From positions 54,180 through 74,179 of the IMG/VR virus record IMGVR_UViG_3300005600_000030: DNA of 20,000 bases, one strand, 5' to 3'. How positions within the stretch are numbered: position 1 is the stretch's first letter; the number at the start of each line of letters is the position of its first letter. The stretch is from an uncultured virus (IMG/VR IMGVR_UViG_3300005600_000030) (taxonomy: Duplodnaviria > Heunggongvirae > Uroviricota > Caudoviricetes). The translations under genes were made by a program, and so were the position numbers. Positions 17,437-20,000 of the stretch are shown one piece after another. Under the pieces are notes generated by a model that worked only from the letters and a program-made list of their open reading frames with translations, was not told where the DNA came from and made no database searches.

Positions 17437-19999
17437 ATGCAGTTCTTACATAAAGTGTATAGGTTTCAATAACCTCAGTTCCCGAGTCTAGTGTGGTACC
17501 AACATAGTTCCCTACAAAGTCACGAGAATAATTGCCGATAAACGACCTAGAATAATTACCTGCAAAGTTGCGAGAATAATTTCCTGAGAAGTCTCCGGTG
17601 AAATCAGTTACGCGATTACGTGTATAGTCCGCAGAATACGCAGAAGTTCTAGTTCTACTAAATGTTGATACACGAGTTCTAGTAGAAGTACGAGTAGACG
17701 TTCGTGTATACTCACCAATGAAGTCTCGGCTGTAGTTACCAGTGAAGTCCCCAACATAGTTGGATACACGAACCCTTGTATATTCTCCTGCAAAGTCACG
17801 TGAGTAGTTCCCAACAAAGTTACCAGTAAAGTCTTGCAGAGAGTCACGCGTATATTCACCAAGGAATCCACGAGTATAGTTGCCAGTAAAATCACCTACG
17901 AAAGTTCTGGTATAGTTACCCGCAAAGTCTCTTGCGAAGTTACCAGTGTACTCTCCAATAAAGTCGGTTTGTCGGTCTCTTGAATATTCACCTGCAAAGT
18001 CTCGGGTGTAATCGCCAACATAATTACCGGCAAAGTCTCTGGCGTAGTTACCTGCAAAGTTTCTACTGTAATTACCTACGAAATTACCTGCGAAATCTAC
18101 TGTACTGTTGCGAGTGTATTCACCTGCAAAGTCTCGGGTATAATCACCCACATAATTTCCACCAAAGTCTCTGGTATAGTTTCCTGCAAAGTTGCGAGAA
18201 TAATTACCAACATAGTTTGCAATATAATCGGTTATACGAGTTCTTGCATAGTTACCAGTGAAGTCACGAGTATAGTCACCCACAAAGTCACGAGTAGAAG
18301 TTCTGGTTGATACTCTAGTGTATTCACCTGCAAAGTCACGTGAGTAATTACCTACAAAGTTACCTGCAAAAACTGCGGTACTATTACGAGTATAGTTACC
18401 AGTAAATGTTCTTGAGTAGTTACCCACATAGTTTGCAATATAATCGGTTATACGAGTTCTAGCGTATGCAGACACACGATTCCTTGAGTAAGTAGAAATA
18501 CGGTCACGGGTGTACGCAGAGAAACGAGTACGTGTTGATGTACGTGCGTATTCTCCAATGAAATCCCCGACATAATTTCCTGCGAAATCTCGAGTGTAAT
18601 CTCCGGTATAGTTCCCTACAAAGGTACGTGCATAGTTTCCAATAAAGTTACCCGCATAGTTTGTCACTCGGTCACGTGTAAAGTTACCAGTAAAGGTCTG
18701 TAATCTGTCACGAGTGTACGCAGAAAATCTTGTTCTACTTGATACTCTAGTATATGCAGAAGAACGGCTGCGAGTGTAGTCCGCAGCGTAAGCAGATACT
18801 CTAGTCCTTGTAGAGTCAGTAATACGAGTACGAGCATATGCAGAATAACGAGTACGTGTTGATATACGTGCGTATGCCGAGTTACGAGTTCTTGAGTAAT
18901 TACCAGCGAACGCACGAGAATAATCACCTATGAAGTTTCCTGCATAGTATCCGGTACGTGTATAATCACCGACAAATTCTCCTGCATAATAACCTAATCT
19001 AGTATAGTTACCAGTAAAGTCACCTGCATAGTATCCGGTACGGGTATAATACACTGTTGCCGTAGAAACACGAGTAGAGTTGCGCGTATAGTCACCTACG
19101 TAATACAGTGTACGAGTATAGTTACCAACATAATACAATGTGCGAGTGTAGTCGCCTACGTAATATAATGTACGAGTATAGTTGCCTGTGTAATATAACG
19201 TAGACGCACGTGCACGAGTATAAGTTCCGGTCGCAGTACTAGTACGAGTAGAAACCCTAGTATAATCTCCGGTCGCAGTACTAGTACGAGTGGAGGCCGG
19301 CAAGACACGTGAATAGTTACCGACATAGTAAATCGTTTGGCCTTCGACTGTACCACCTGCGCGTGAACGAGTATATTCTGCGGTACCATCAGATGCACCA
19401 ACATAGTTACCTAAGTAGTATAATGTCGGGGTTCGAACTCTCGTGTAATCAAGTGTACGAGTATAGTTACCTATGTAACTTGTTGTTCCAGAACGAGTAC
19501 GAGTATATGCGGATGTTTTTGTGTAATATTCAATCGCATATGGATCAGACGGTGGACTTCTTGCGAATAACAAAACACGAGTATAGTTTCCGACATACGT
19601 CCCACCAGAAATACTGTATCTGACATAGTATCCGGTACGTGTGTAGTTCCCTGTATAGTACGCAATTGCAGTGCTAACTCGAGTGTAGTCGGCAGTAGGC
19701 GTAAAGTTACCAACATAGTACAAGGTACGAGTGTAATTACCAGTAAAGTCACCTGCATAGTACAATGTTCTGGTGTAGTTTCCGGTATATGTTACACCTT
19801 CGGCACGTGCACGAGTATAATCTCCGGTCGCAGTACGAGTACGAGTATAGGTACCAGTTGCGGTGCGGGTTCGCGTATAGTCACCTACTGCCGTGCGGGT
19901 GCGGGTATAGTTACCCGTAAAGTCACCACTGTATGAAACTACACGACTATATGACAATGTAAGAGTCGAAGTCCTTGTACTGATTCTAGTGTAGTCAAA
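17435..19999 (-). CDS. Giant low-complexity Y/T/R/G repeat protein, 5'-truncated (more than 850 aa)
   Basis: The frame stays open beyond the ORF-track TTG at 19957 to the window edge (FDYTRISTRTSTLTLSYSR...). Built from GNYTR, FAGN and YSRD units; non-repetitive C-terminal cap TTLDSGTEVIETYTLYVRTA. Confidence 0.9.
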   Translation of the reverse strand, partial: FDYTRISTRTSTLTLSYSRVVSYSGDFTGNYTRTRTAVGDYTRTRTATGTYTRTRTATGDYTRARAEGVTYTGNYTRTLYYAGDFTGNYTRTLYYVGNFTPTADYTRVSTAIAYYTGNYTRTGYYVRYSISGGTYVGNYTRVLLFARSPPSDPYAIEYYTKTSAYTRTRSGTTSYIGNYTRTLDYTRVRTPTLYYLGNYVGASDGTAEYTRSRAGGTVEGQTIYYVGNYSRVLPASTRTSTATGDYTRVSTRTSTATGTYTRARASTLYYTGNYTRTLYYVGDYTRTLYYVGNYTRTLYYVGDYTRNSTRVSTATVYYTRTGYYAGDFTGNYTRLGYYAGEFVGDYTRTGYYAGNFIGDYSRAFAGNYSRTRNSAYARISTRTRYSAYARTRITDSTRTRVSAYAADYTRSRSSAYTRVSSRTRFSAYTRDRLQTFTGNFTRDRVTNYAGNFIGNYARTFVGNYTGDYTRDFAGNYVGDFIGEYARTSTRTRFSAYTRDRISTYSRNRVSAYARTRITDYIANYVGNYSRTFTGNYTRNSTAVFAGNFVGNYSRDFAGEYTRVSTRTSTRDFVGDYTRDFTGNYARTRITDYIANYVGNYSRNFAGNYTRDFGGNYVGDYTRDFAGEYTRNSTVDFAGNFVGNYSRNFAGNYARDFAGNYVGDYTRDFAGEYSRDRQTDFIGEYTGNFARDFAGNYTRTFVGDFTGNYTRGFLGEYTRDSLQDFTGNFVGNYSRDFAGEYTRVRVSNYVGDFTGNYSRDFIGEYTRTSTRTSTRTRVSTFSRTRTSAYSADYTRNRVTDFTGDFSGNYSRNFAGNYSRSFIGNYSRDFVGNYVGTTLDSGTEVIETYTLYVRTA

Positions 20000-20000
20000 T
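17500..20000 (-). repeat. Degenerate in-frame tandem repeats (12/24-nt and 30-nt periods)
   Basis: Recurrent units such as tagttacc(t/c)gcaaagtc and cgagtatagttacc, varying mainly at synonymous positions. Confidence 0.9.

Noticed and set aside
19955..19957. TTG start for the 840-aa ORF
   Set aside because: The frame is open upstream to the window edge and the same repeat pattern continues.
17435..20000. CRISPR array or non-coding satellite
   Set aside because: Repeats are in frame, vary mainly at third codon positions, have no constant repeat/unique spacer pattern, and sit in one uninterrupted ORF.
17435..20000. Ice-nucleation protein (InaZ-like)
   Set aside because: No AGYGSTxT 16-residue consensus. 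The TxT motifs have Arg in the middle and irregular spacing. Ice binding is not formally excluded.
1..20000. Stop-codon reassignment
   Set aside because: All conserved genes are full length in the standard code and pack tightly.

Overview
Late structural-gene region of a T4-like myovirus; the sequence style suggests an environmental or marine phage, which is an inference. Every supported gene is on the minus strand. In transcription order (right to left): a 5'-truncated giant low-complexity Tyr/Thr/Arg/Gly repeat protein; a three-gene cassette behind a sigma70-type promoter (154-aa unknown, GT-A glycosyltransferase, 2OG-Fe(II) dioxygenase-like); a T4 late promoter; two small virion proteins and two fibre-like proteins; then gp13, gp14 (with a LamG-like insertion), gp15, gp16, gp17, gp18, gp19, gp20 and the start of a gp67-like protein. 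The best candidate for a new system is phage-encoded modification of virion proteins: a repeat protein next to a glycosyltransferase and a hydroxylase, plus a strongly over-represented D-S-[A/D] tripeptide in surface proteins. An RBS-occluding hairpin may keep the downstream late genes silent on early read-through transcripts. All calls come from motif recognition and manual counting; no database search was run.
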